Assembly (NCBI GenBank): GCA_029953675.1
Contig: JAMWBK010000004.1
Coordinates: 1,612,001 to 1,676,000 of the forward strand
Direction of reading: 5' to 3'
DNA length: 64,000 nucleotides
Source: Rhodosorus marinus CCMP1338
Taxonomy: Eukaryota > Plantae > Rhodophyta
Shown here: positions 46,658 to 57,960 of the stretch, piece by piece
Layout: every line of letters starts with the position of its first letter
Position numbering within the stretch: position 1 is the stretch's first letter
Program-made: the position numbers and the translations under genes
Notes under the pieces: generated by a model
What the model saw: the letters and a program-made list of their open reading frames with translations, nothing else
What the model was told of the DNA's origin: nothing
The model's database searches: none

Positions 46658-49600
46658 ATGGCTGTTTTCAAGCGATTGGTTTGGTCATTTTTGCTGCTGG
46701 TTGTCTGGATCGAAGGTTGTTTCGCGAAGATCGATGTGGTCGGTAGGAGCGTTGAATCATCTGAATGGAGTACGCTCGGGATCGGTGCGCCAAGCTCGGT
46801 GTTTTTCTCCCCATCCCGGACTGGGCCCCTGTACTTGGGTACGGATATAGGGGTCGTAGCGGCGTTGTCACGTGATAAGGGCCGTATTCGTAAGTGGATG
46901 CTGGAAATTTTGTTGCCACCTACCCCAAGACTCAAGTTCCTTTGTCAAGGGTTACACCGCTCACCCCACTCCTCCGTTCATTCAGTGTGGAGGTACCTAC
47001 CTCCAGAATTCTCGGAATCGGTGTCGAAAATCATCCTCAACGAGCACGATAGATATCTCGCAGCCGAGAGCATTCAGAAGTCCGGAATGATCTCTATAAG
47101 AGTGTTCTCTAGCTCTGATGGTACCCTTCTGTGGCAGCGCGAAGTTTGCAAACTATCCGGGAAGGCAAAAGTCCACGTGAGATTCGAGCCCAAAAGGATA
47201 CAGCCCCTCGCATGAGATGCATTCTAATCTTCCAAGGCCAAATCCACAGGTGGAGATTGTAGGTGATGAGCAACTGGGCATCCTCTGTTGCGACAACGAG
47301 ATCTCCCTTAGAAGCCTTCGCGATGGCAGCATCATTGCCGAGATGACGTCCTGCGAAGCATCGGATTTGGTTCAAGGCATTGGATCTTGGAAAGATGAAT
47401 CTGGGGACACTGTTGCATCTGTGATCGGTTTCAACGAGCTGAGCAAAAAGACTTTCATCGCAGATGTAAGCTCCAAAGCTCCCTTCCAGAAGCGATTCAG
47501 TTGCCTTACTCCCCTACCACCCTTTGCATCTTGACACAGTTGCAGAGCACGCAGATGAGCACCGAGCAAGGCATGCTGACGTTCACAAGGAGAAAAGAGT
47601 TTGAAGACATAAGTTCTTGTGACAGGGATGGATTCGTGCAAATCAATCGATACATGTTCGCATGCTCAGCTGAGAACGCTCTCTACTTGTTCGATCTTCG
47701 TGCTCAATCATCTCACACTGTACATGATTCACAGCCTTACAAGGTACGAAAACGAAGCAGCTGCTGTGAAGTTTCTGAGCGACGTCTACTCATCGAGAAA
47801 GGCTCATGCCGCACTGATCTTTCTGATACAGATCGACAGCTCGTACCCGATAAGTTCCGATACGATGCAGTACCGGGACGCGTTCGGAGAGGTTCGAGTT
47901 GTGAACTTGGAAAGCTTCGAAACGTTCGCTCTAAGTGATGTTTCAATTGCACACAATGAGCTCTGCGCCAGCGGAGATATCATCGCAACGTCTAAGGTAC
48001 AAGCTTGCCATCCGTACAAGAGCCTTGTTTGCTGAGATGCATCTCAAGTTTGGATGGGTTTCTGTTCCTTAACCTGAGCCACGCTTTTGGCGTTCTGTTT
48101 CCAACTTTGCACGTTCTTAGATCCAAAGTGAGGGCAAAGAGTTGACGATTAGCATGTACAGGGCTAGTGAGTCGTCCACTTTCATAGACGCTCCAGATGA
48201 AAAAGTTGCTGGGAGTGTACGAAGATGTTACCTATCGTCTTTTACGAGCGAGATCGTCTCCGTCACTTCTGGTGGGGATGTCGTCATGAGTAGCTTCGAC
48301 AAGAACAAGCAGGTAAGAAGAGTGACAGTAAAAACGCTGGACGAAAGTCGATGTCTGGGTCTGGCTTAGCTGTGCTCGGATTATTTTTTTTTGGATTTTG
48401 GTGGCAGAGCATCAAATGGATTAGAGAAGAAGCAATTGCTTACGTTACTGATGCAATGTTTGGATCGAGCTTACCCAATGAAGAGGGTGAGTTTGTGGAG
48501 ACATCCCTTTTGCTCTGCTCGGAAAATCATGACAATTCTTAGGACTGCGTTGTCTTACACTTCTTCACGGGTTTGAAAATTCTCTCACAGGGGATGACGG
48601 CGATTGGACATCCACTAGCTTCGCACAGCACTGGTACGATTGGATTAGGTCGAAACTCTTCGAGCATGTTAGCACAGAGGAGCACCGCGCTGTGGTTCTG
48701 CTTTCCAGCAAAGGAAAGATGTTCGGTCTGTCAACCAAGGACGGCAAGAAACTGTGGTCGCGTGAGATCGCGTCTTCCGAAGTTTCGTGGAACTCGAGGC
48801 TTTTTAAACTCGATGACAGTAGAGTCGCCGCGGTGTCGTCCGCCACATGGACGAGCATCGCGGAGTTTCTTAACACGACAAGCGGCGAAGAATACGCAAA
48901 ACCGTTTTCGGAGCGGTTCGCGTTTGTCAACAGCATTCCTTTGAACTCATCCCTCGTCATCCTTGGGTCCAACGGCGAGAATATTGCGGCACCTGATTCT
49001 AAGAAAGGTATGGTCAACCCGCCTTGTGACGCTCTTGATGAAGTACTGACTGAATGCCCTCCCTTCGCACCGAACCGCAGAAGAAAACTTGCGTGATGTC
49101 TACTGGGTAAACTCAAACCGGGACGGCAAATCAATTCAAGGCTATCGTGCTGGAGAAGTCATCTCCGGCGGTTGGCAGGTTGCACCACCTCCAGGAGAGC
49201 GTTTTGCACTCCTTAAGAGCATCCCTGAAGAAGGTACTTTCCTCAAAGTCGGATGCATACGTGCACAGCGACCCCAGCATTGATGACAGCGTTGTCGGCG
49301 CTGACTGTTTTCCCTTTTATCCCTCTCCTCGTTCTGCAGGAGAGTTCATTGCCTCGGCGACCAGGCCAACGGGGAATCGCAGAGTTCTCCACAAGTATAT
49401 TAACAGAATGGCTGTTGCGGCAATCACATCTCCAGAGGAAGGCGATCAAGGTGTAACAGTCTACCTGATTGATGCGGTCAGAGGGAAGGTCTTGGACACG
49501 GCGCATCATGTGAATGGGACAGGGCCAGTATCACTGGTTCGGTGTGAGAACTGGATTGTTTATAGGTAGGCTGACTGGATGCTGCATAGCGTCTTGGGGG

Positions 49601-50834
49601 AAGAGAGAGCGTGTTTCGCTGACTTTTGAAAGATGTCTTTTTGGCCCCGTCTCGTAGTTTTTGGGACGTTGCCAGGAAATCGGATCAGATCTACGTGATT
49701 GACTACTTCGAACCGAGGCAGGACTGGTTTCCGAAAGAAATCGGTCCAGCCGTGCTCAAGGCAGTGACAGGTGGAGAAATTGAGAAAGGTTTGAGAGAGC
49801 TTTTGTGCCTGTGAACTCCAAAATTACGTGCAGACCACTAAACGGAAAGTCGCTTTCTCCTCGGTACAGAGTTGCCAACAACTCCGCACGCGATTCCGAA
49901 TCCAGTTGCAGCTCGTATCGGCTTTGAAGGTAAGTGAACGACGGGAGTTTTGTCGTGCTAGGCACTCCCGAGTGTGTGCAGGGAAGCCTGATAGTTGAGC
50001 GTGTTCTGTGTACGTAGTGGATGGACGAATTACTGGCCTGGATGTGACGACGACCGAACGGGCGATCACCATGCGGAGCATTGTCGTCCATCTAGTACGG
50101 GCTTTCTCGGCTACATGCTCTTTTAAGTACTGTATGGTAGTTGTCGCATTGTTTGTATTGAACGAGTTCCTTGTTTTCTCTCCGAAAAGGATAAGTCACG
50201 CATAGTGGTGCTGCCGAAGGAAGTATTGGACCCTCGTCGACCCGTTGGAGTTCCTACAGAAGAACATAGGGTGCGAAGAACAGAGCTGTAGTGTTGGTTT
50301 CACACAATTTTGTACAAGCGAATTTTTGGACTAATCATCCATCTCTTGATCTTAGTAGGCTGAGATGTTGATGCCTTACAATCCGTTTATCAGTCTCCTG
50401 GTCGGATCCGTATACGCGAGCAAGGACCTGTTAATTCCGGGCTTGAGGAACAGTTTCACCGCGCCCGTGAGGGGGAGGGAAAGTAGCTCACATGTTCTCG
50501 CGGTGAGTAGTACTCTTTACTGGCAAAACGCGATGGACCTGAAGCTCACCGAGATCTATTCCACTGCTCTAGTCTGGGATTGATATCTTCCACACTGTAC
50601 TTGCGCCAGCCGGTAAATTTGACGCGCTCACGGTAAGTTTACAGGAACCGAAAATGAGGAAGCGACGGCTGCATTGAGAAGGCTGGACTTATTGATTACT
50701 ACTACGTGCGAATCCAGGATGAGTTTATGTACACCACAGTTCAAATAGCGCTCGTCATAATGATCATGAGCACACTTGTGCTAAGAATCCTGTCTTCCAA
50801 ACTCATGAGAAGCCGCGCGTGGCTGCAGGGCTAG
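46658..50834 (+). CDS. EMC1: ER membrane protein complex subunit 1 (multi-exon)
   Basis: Signal peptide, beta-propeller repeats, then GNRRVLHKYIN, VYLIDAVRGKVL, GPVSLVRCENWIVY, TERAITMRSIV, LPKEVLDPRRP, LMPYNP, RESSSHVLAV, APAGKFDALT and a C-terminal TM helix. Confidence 0.9.
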
Positions 50835-52076
50835 GCCCCGAGTTGCAGACCGTGCAACGTTTATCATGACAAAGTCAAGCGCCTGACTTCTCTGGAGGTA
50901 CGGAGGAGTGCGAAAAGAGGAAGAGTGCCGTCGAGAGTCTTTTTCTGCATATTCCCCTGCGTGAAGATAGTGGTCAATGGAGGCAGGCAGAAATTCCGGG
51001 AGATGAGCCATGTCCGTCTGTAACCCATGACGGCCCAGGATGACGCCAAACTATCACGTACACAAGTGACGAGTTTCCAGAGCGCAGACTGTGGGTAGCC
51101 CTGCGCGGGCACCACCCCTGCAAGTTCTCAATCAAGCTTCCTAACTAACATCGGAGTGAAGCTATCGACAATAAGTCTCCGCAACTGTTCATTAATAAAA
51201 TAGATTGACCATGAAACCCACACTACGAAACTTGCCCCCCTTGATTTGCTCGCCAGCTCCCGCCGTGCAGATTAATCACAGTCAACAATTTGCTTTGAAG
51301 GCTGAAATTCTATTCTGAGTTCTAAACTGCTTTTGGTTCCGAAACAAAACCGCGCGGAAAGTGCGCAGACCACGAGGTTTCGATCCTGCTTCTGCCCACC
51401 TTGACGGCGTCTCGCTTCACTCGGAGTCGATGGAGGGCCACAGCGGACATGTCAGATGAGCCCTCCAACGCTAGGCGGAGGCCAATCTATCTGGTCGTCA
51501 ACGGGTCAAAATGTGAATTTGGGAACAAGCCTTCGATGACGCGATTCGCAATGCGTCTGTCGATGAGATTGAAGGCATTCTCCAAGTCGAGCTTTAGGAC
51601 CACGTCCTCGGGGCGTGCTGCGAGGCGAGCTTCGAGCCGCCACTGACAGAGATGCCGAGCTGGTCAGGGAGTAGAAAGGGAGTACGGGGCTTAGGGTTCT
51701 TAGCGCATTGCCTTATCACCACTCCTAGGATTTCTTGCGACCAGCCTGTCAGCTGCGAAGAGCCCTGAATTGTTTTCGGCACCGCATAGGCGTGCGCTTA
51801 CCAAGCGCGCTGGATTCACGCACATTGGTATTGCCTGCCCTCAATATAGCCTGTGTTTCTAGCACATTCATTCTGGCATCGGTCTTGCAATCCGTGACAA
51901 CTACCCCGCTGTCGTTTTCACAATAAGCGAGATGAAGCGGCATGGCTCGATGAGCTTGGATGCTGGCGGGAGCGCTAGAGAATGATTCTATTCCCCGATC
52001 TTTAGCGTTCTCGAACTTGTAGTTGGTCAATCTCAGGCAGCGGACAGTCTGCAACTGTCCTCTGACAGTGCTGAAC

Positions 52077-52295
52077 TGTTAGAACTTGCCCTGACAGCTG
52101 TGTAATCTGTGTAAGACACTCCCTACTTTTGTGTAAGATCCCTACTTTAGTGTAATACGCTAGTGTGCTAGTATTTCTACTTTACTGTCAGGCACGTCTT
52201 AGTTTACAGTAACCAAGACTATATAAGACCTAGCATTGCTAGATCTTGAGACCTAGAATGGAGTAAAGGACAAGTTGGTGAGAAGAGTTCTAACA
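52077..52295 (+). repeat. 5' LTR
   Basis: TG...CA; 5 mismatches to the 3' LTR by manual comparison; internal GTGTAAGA..TCCCTACTT subrepeats; TATATAA near 52220. Confidence 0.95.
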
Positions 52296-52384
52296 GTGGT
52301 CTCATCGCTCAAAGGTTTAAGAGGATACGAACGGAGGGAGGGGCGATCTAGCGGAAGCAGGAGGACTCGAGTAGCCAACTTCAA

Positions 52385-53113
52385 ATGACTACGTTTACCA
52401 TACCCCCGCCCGAGGCTTACGACGGCAAGCGGGATGTCGTCAAAATTCAGACGTTCGTAGCCTCACTGCGCTACTTGAACTTCCATCACGTAGCAGACTC
52501 CGGCCGCCAGTCAGTCCAGTACGCGGGGCTGTTTTTGAGAGCCCAGGCCCAGGTCTGGTACCAGGGTCTTCGACAAGCGGCGGATGGCATCCCGGAGGCA
52601 CTGGACTCTCTCGAAGACTTCGAACAGGCCCTGCGAGGACAGTTCGAGCCTCACGACCATATCGAGCGAGTCCGGGCCAAACTGCGCAGCGCTCGACAAC
52701 GCGGCCCTGATGTCACCCGTTATGTCGAGTATCTGGATGAACTTTTCCTGCAATTGGGCGAGTTCATCAGCGACTCTGAAAGGCTGGAGCGCTTTAAGGC
52801 GGGCTTGACTGGTCGTGAGCGAGACTTCGTCTACTATGGTCGACCCAAGACCTATGAAGAAGCGAAAGCCATCGCATTGAGCCTGGCGGGTGCCCACGAG
52901 ATGCCGAAGGAAGCGACGAAGGGATCCTCGGATCCACCAAGAAGCAAACCCCGCACAACGTCACCGCGCCGGCCCCACACGCGCAGCATGGGGTCACCGC
53001 CAACCTGCTACAAGTGTCAAGAGGTAGGACACTTTAAACGAGATTGCCCCCGGCGACTGGCGTATTTGCAGGCGGAGGTGACACGCTTGTCGAGCCTACA
53101 GGAGGAAAACTAA
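52385..53113 (+). CDS. retrotransposon Gag with CCHC zinc knuckle
   Basis: PPPEAYDGKRD...AQVWY...FEQALRGQF...VTRYVEYLDELF...ERFKAGL...PKTYEEAKAIA...CYKCQEVGHFKRDC. Confidence 0.9.
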   Translation: MTTFTIPPPEAYDGKRDVVKIQTFVASLRYLNFHHVADSGRQSVQYAGLFLRAQAQVWYQGLRQAADGIPEALDSLEDFEQALRGQFEPHDHIERVRAKLRSARQRGPDVTRYVEYLDELFLQLGEFISDSERLERFKAGLTGRERDFVYYGRPKTYEEAKAIALSLAGAHEMPKEATKGSSDPPRSKPRTTSPRRPHTRSMGSPPTCYKCQEVGHFKRDCPRRLAYLQAEVTRLSSLQEEN

Positions 53114-53763
53114 CGGACTCCGGACGAGGGATGCCGTCCGAGAGTCCAACGACCAGCATCCCAACCGTTGGGTTACAGCAACGGGGTAATGCAGGCCTAA
53201 CTGCAATAGGCGTGGTGGCGGCGGAACCGGTGGAATGTCTCATCGACACCGGTGCGGTGACGGCAATTAGAGAGGACGTTGCGAAAGCCGCCAACCTACC
53301 GAGGTACGACGAGCCACGGACATACAGGTTGGCTGTCGGTGAGGAGACTGTGATCAGCCCCGGAGTGACGGAGACAACGATCACACTCCAGGGACGACAA
53401 TTCAATACGAAGCTGCGAATATTCAAGCATCTAAGCCACGATGTATACTTAGGTCTCGATTTCTTGAGGCAACATCGGATAACTGTCGATTGTAGCGCGG
53501 AACCCCCACAGCTGGTACTGGGAGCGGAAGACACCAGCATGCGGGGGATAACAAGTATGGAGACGGAGGAAGAAATAGGGGAGAGGTCTGGCGCGGTCAT
53601 CCGGGAAGGGAAAGGCCTAGAGAAAGGCGGAAAGGACCAGGTTGCCGACCCAGGAGAGAAGTTTTCCCGGCTCACGGCACCAAACTCACGGCACCAAACT
53701 TCTCTCCTGGGTCGGCAACCTGGTCCTTTCCGCCTTTCTCTAGGCCTTTCCCTTCCCGGATGA
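53104..53763 (+). CDS. retroviral-type aspartic protease in the -1 frame to gag, running into the hairpin and terminating there
   Basis: VECLIDTGAVT (DTG), YRLAVG, HDVYLGLDFLRQHRITVDC. G GAA AAC TAA at the end of gag. Confidence 0.85.
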   Translation, partial: GKLTDSGRGMPSESPTTSIPTVGLQQRGNAGLTAIGVVAAEPVECLIDTGAVTAIREDVAKAANLPRYDEPRTYRLAVGEETVISPGVTETTITLQGRQFNTKLRIFKHLSHDVYLGLDFLRQHRITVDCSAEPPQLVLGAEDTSMRGITSMETEEEIGERSGAVIREGKGLEKGGKDQVADPGEKFSRLTAPNSRHQTSLLGRQPGPFRLSLGLSLPG

Positions 53764-53868
53764 CCGCGCCAGACCTCTCCCCTATTTCTTCCTCCGTCTC
53801 CATACTTGTTATCCCCCGCATGCTGGTGTCTTCCGCTCCCAGTACCAGCTGTGGGGGTTCCGCGCTAC
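53492..53868. repeat. 173-bp inverted repeat (53492-53664 / 53696-53868), 31-bp spacer
   Basis: The right arm reads as the exact reverse complement of the left arm by eye. The spacer region holds a 14-bp direct repeat, CTCACGGCACCAAA x2. Confidence 0.95.
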
Positions 53869-53909
53869 CTTCAACTTCTTGAGTTTGTCCCCAAACTCGG
53901 CGGGAGGAA

Positions 53910-54128
53910 TGTTAGAACTTGCCCTGACAGCTGTGTAATCTGTGTAAGACACTCCCTACTTCAGCGTAAGATCCCTACTTTAGTGTAAGACGCTAGTGTG
54001 CTAGTATTTCTACTTTACTGTCAGGCACGTCTTAGTTTACAGTAACCAAGACTATATAAGACCTAGCATTGCTAGATCTTGAGATCTAGAATGGAGTAAA
54101 GGACAAGTTGGTGAGAAGAGTTCTAACA
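53910..54128 (+). repeat. 3' LTR
   Basis: Direct repeat of 52077-52295; preceded by the PPT and followed by TSD TGAAC. Confidence 0.95.
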
Positions 54129-55847
54129 TGAACTTGGCTCACCACTCTTGCTCGTCTGCTACGGATGGGTTTGGACTTAGCAAGAAGTCCAGGGCGACAG
54201 GTAGAGTATTTCCAGTTCCAGTCAACAAATCGAGCAAAAGATTTGGGACAAGCCCGAACAAATTCTGACCTGCGGCAGTTCAGGTCATTGAGGTCACCCA
54301 TTGAACTAAGGGTATGGACTCCCCTTCGTGTTGCTTGTCTCTTGTGACGGTTGTGATCCTATCGCTCAAGATCTGTCCGGTACGAGTCTCGAAAACGGTA
54401 TGCATGTCTCGACTACGTCTGCCCTCCTACCACTGCCCCAAAAAGACAGCGACACAAAGACGACATCAAGGAGAACTAAAAAAGTACATCCAACAAACCG
54501 TCGATATCGGGTTGTGGCCCCAAGAACAGAAAAGAGCGCAAAAGTTTTCCAAACCCTCTCCTTCCCGTTGAGTGTTCGTGGCAAGGAAAGCGTCTTACCG
54601 CTTTTTACATATGGCACAAACCAGAGAGGTTGTGAGACCAACAGATGGAAAAACAACGTATTTCCTAGATTCTTAGGAAAGAAAAGAAACCGTACTCTCC
54701 TTAACACTTCCCCCCCATCTCCGCAACCCCAGAGGTGGAATATCAGGAAATTGAACAGGATATTAAAAAACGGAAAAATCGACCAATACCTCCAACCCCC
54801 CTCCAACCCCCCCGGAAACCCTTCCAACGTCCTCCTCGTCATTGCGTCCCAATTAAGGATTGCGCCATTCGTCGACTCTTCAGGACATGAGGAATTTCAG
54901 AATTCGCGTTGTCCATTACTCCACTCGCGCTAGAGGGAGCGTCAGTCGATCCTCCCAATTTCAACGCTCATCCCTTTAAAAACAAAATATTTCAAAATTT
55001 TCGTCTACTGTCAATATTTTCCTTTTTTCAATTCCATATCTCCATTTATTTTTATTTTTCCAAGCATAATATCCCATGTCCCCTTCTTCTTGAAACTTCG
55101 CCCTGCCCCTCTTTTCGGCCTCCCAACCGTAGCCGTCAAAGAATTTCAACAACACCCCCCTTGAAAACCTCTCTCATATATTGTAATATTATTGAATATC
55201 CATAAAAGCTATGCAGGGGTTATTAAATATCACGGGCATTTGTCACTGCTCCCAACCACAGGGGGGGGGAGGGAAATGTGTTTGTACTAGCGGCAAACTG
55301 CTAAACATCAATTTTAAATATAAAAGAGAAATTCTTAAATATTCGACTATACATTACTCTATCTCCAATCATGTGCTGTTCAGTATTTTACAGGAACAAA
55401 TTCTAAGATAAATCAAGAGACGACGGTTGGGCCGGATCGATGGCCAAACTCGCCTGATGTGACTCTATTGTCATCCCCGTCCCCCTCCTTTCACTGTATC
55501 TCCTTACCCTAAAACACAACTATTCCAGAAACTATTTACACTATTGGTTTAAAATATGGAATTCGATATCTAACCCCTAATCTTCCCCCGGAAATATCAC
55601 GGCAGGAGAGCCTGTCTGAAACCAAAAAAAAAGAAAAAAAAGATATACAAAAGTCTTTTTTTTGGTGAAACAATAAACAAAACTCCGAATGATATGAGAG
55701 AACAATTTTGTTTTGTATATAAATTTTATCCAGTTTGATAAAAGTATTTAGGTTTTTAGGAATAGTCGGGTTAAGCCTTTGGGGATGAAAGGCTTTCGTG
55801 ATGAGTTATCCAGAAACGAGGGTTTTGCGATGGAGGAGGTTTAAGGA

Positions 55848-55848
<1 letters not shown>

Positions 55849-55878
<30 letters not shown>
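55849..55878. repeat. (TG)15 microsatellite
   Basis: Direct reading. Confidence 0.95.
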
Positions 55879-55881
<3 letters not shown>

Positions 55882-56294
55882 TTTTATTAATGAAGGAGTT
55901 TTAGTATTGATGGAGAGTTCTGGTTTTAGTTAAAGGGTTAAGAACAGGCGGACAGGTAAGGCAGGTGGTTTAGGTTGTGGATGAATACGGGCGGGAGCAG
56001 AATGTCTGGTTTGGATTTTTTGCGAGGTTGATCTTGATCTCGTGTGGTTGTCCAGAGGGCGGGTGCTGGGGAGGGTGGGAGTGTGTGTTTGCTGTTGAAG
56101 GCTTGGGGATGACTGAGGATGAGAATGGATAGAGTATTGTGGAAGGGGATGTGTTGAGAAGGCATGGTTTTTGAGACACCGAACTGACGACGGCTTTGGT
56201 TCTGGTCTTGGTGCGCTTGGTTTCGGGTGTGGTTTGAGTGTTTTGAGGGTTCTGCGGGGGGGGTGAAGGTCTGGCGGTGAGCAAGGTTTCCCTT

Positions 56295-57356
56295 ATGTCT
56301 GAGGGCGACACTGTAGAGGTGTCGCGCGACTTCGGTCGGCTTGAAAGCCCGGCCAGGAAGGTTTGTGCTTTTTTGCGTTTCTTCGGCTTCTACTTTCGTC
56401 TGTTTTTTCCCGATGTTGCTTAAATATGACGGCTGTGTTTTGGTTTGTTTAGAACTGGCACAAAGACCACTCGAAGAAGTATCGAGCGAATGTGGGTGAA
56501 AAGTTTAAGCAGTTGAGTTCAGTCTTGGAGACAATTGGAGGAAAAGATGAGGCTTCGATCAAGTACAAGTCACAAATCCTCGAAAACGCCGTCGATCTGG
56601 TGAAAGTTTTGAGAGAGGATGTCAGCGTCCTCGAGGTTGAGGTATTGAGACTGAAAACGACTCCTATGGAAGTTGGTCATCCCCTCTTGGTTGCTTGGGC
56701 TGACGAATGTGAATTCTTCACTGCAGGTCGCGATGAGCTCCAGAAAGTTCCTGATGGACTGGATTGAGAGGAGCGTCATAGCGGCAGACAAACCATCCAA
56801 TGCTTTGCAACCGTTGGTGGAAATTGTCTGCAGAAAATGCTCTTGGAAATACGTTGAAGTCTGGGAGCCTATTGAGTCGGAAGCTGACGTACTGGAAATA
56901 GGTTTGGTCTCGTCGTTTGTTCGAGTAAAGAGCCCTGTAGCGAGGGATTTAGAGACCTTTGGCAAGAGGTAGGATTGCGATGTTCAGGACGAGGGAAAGA
57001 AGATTTCATCGTCACAGGTCTAACGCCATCTCTCCCTTGCCTGCAGGTCTTCCTCTGTGTTATTTAATCCAGGACTGGGTCTCGTCGGTCGGGTATGGAC
57101 GAGTATGAGAGGTGAATTGGTCAGTGATGTGTGTGAACCGTCAATGTTTCTCAGAGCAAATCTGGCAATGTGCAAAGGAATATCTTCATCGATTGCCATT
57201 CCGATTGTCGTGCTGGGTCGAACCTCGACTGTCGTCATTTTCTACGACACGGACTCGAGATTTGACAATCATAGTCTGAGACTAGCCGAGTCCATTGCGG
57301 CGAGCATAGGAACCATGTGTGGTGCAAAAATGAACAGAGAAGGGTTGAGGAAGTAG
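56295..57356 (+). CDS. bHLH + C-terminal GAF/MYC_N-like transcription factor, copy A (3 introns inferred; 5' end uncertain)
   Basis: Spliced: PARK|NWHKDHSKKYRANVGEKFKQLSSVL...KSQILENAVDLVKVL...VEVE|VAMSSRKFLMDWIE...WKYVEVWEP...|...FNPGLGLVGRVW...FLRANLA..KGISSSIAIPIVV. Confidence 0.78.
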
Positions 57357-57960
57357 GTCTGCTTTGCTCCCTTGTTGTATACTCTATAGTCTATACTTAC
57401 ATGCTCATGTATATATTTTACCGGTGCGACGGAAGGTTGCGATCGCATTTTTGTTTTCACCACGTCGTCTTCGATGTCGTGCCGCAAGAGCGTGCTCGCG
57501 TGCTTTGCATTTACAGCTTGAGCTTTTGGACATCAGTACTCCATTTCCAAGAAACGAATTAACTTTAAAATTTCCAGAGCCCAAGCTGGGTACGCAGTAC
57601 AGTTCGCAGAACTAGGTTCACTCCAGTGCGTATATGATGAAATATGTCATGCCCACGACGACCATTGGATCCTTGTTCTGGGCTTGGTACGAAACAGATG
57701 GTGTGAACACGAAGTCTGCAACACTCTCATAGATGTACGTCATGCTAGCATTGAGCATTTGAGATATCGGAAGGGGTGTCGAGGCCAAGCTTGATCGATG
57801 TCGGTCCTCGACTCTTGTTTGGAAGGTCTGCGTAGCAGTCAACGGTGCGTGCTTTGTGGAGTTGCTTTCCGAACTGGGGGAGGGGTTTTCGAATATATAG
57901 GAACATTTTAAATAGAGTACACTTGTGTAAAAAGAGCAAGCATAGGAACAGATACTCTTA

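Larger units (their letters stand above)
52077..54128 (+). mobile_element. non-autonomous Ty3/Gypsy-type LTR retrotransposon (gag + protease; RT/RNaseH/integrase absent)
   Basis: 219-bp LTRs (52077-52295, 53910-54128) with TGTTAGAACT/AGTTCTAACA termini; 5-bp TSD TGAAC (52072-76, 54129-33); PBS-like TGGTCTCATCGC at 52297; PPT GGCGGGAGGAA at 53899-53909. Confidence 0.95.

Noticed and set aside
51250-52071. sequence interrupted by the LTR element (continues at 54134-54450) as a disrupted gene
   Set aside because: Joining the flanks across the TSD gave no continuous recognisable reading frame.
53034-53675. 213-aa minus-strand ORF in the LTR element
   Set aside because: Antisense shadow of the protease frame; no domain.
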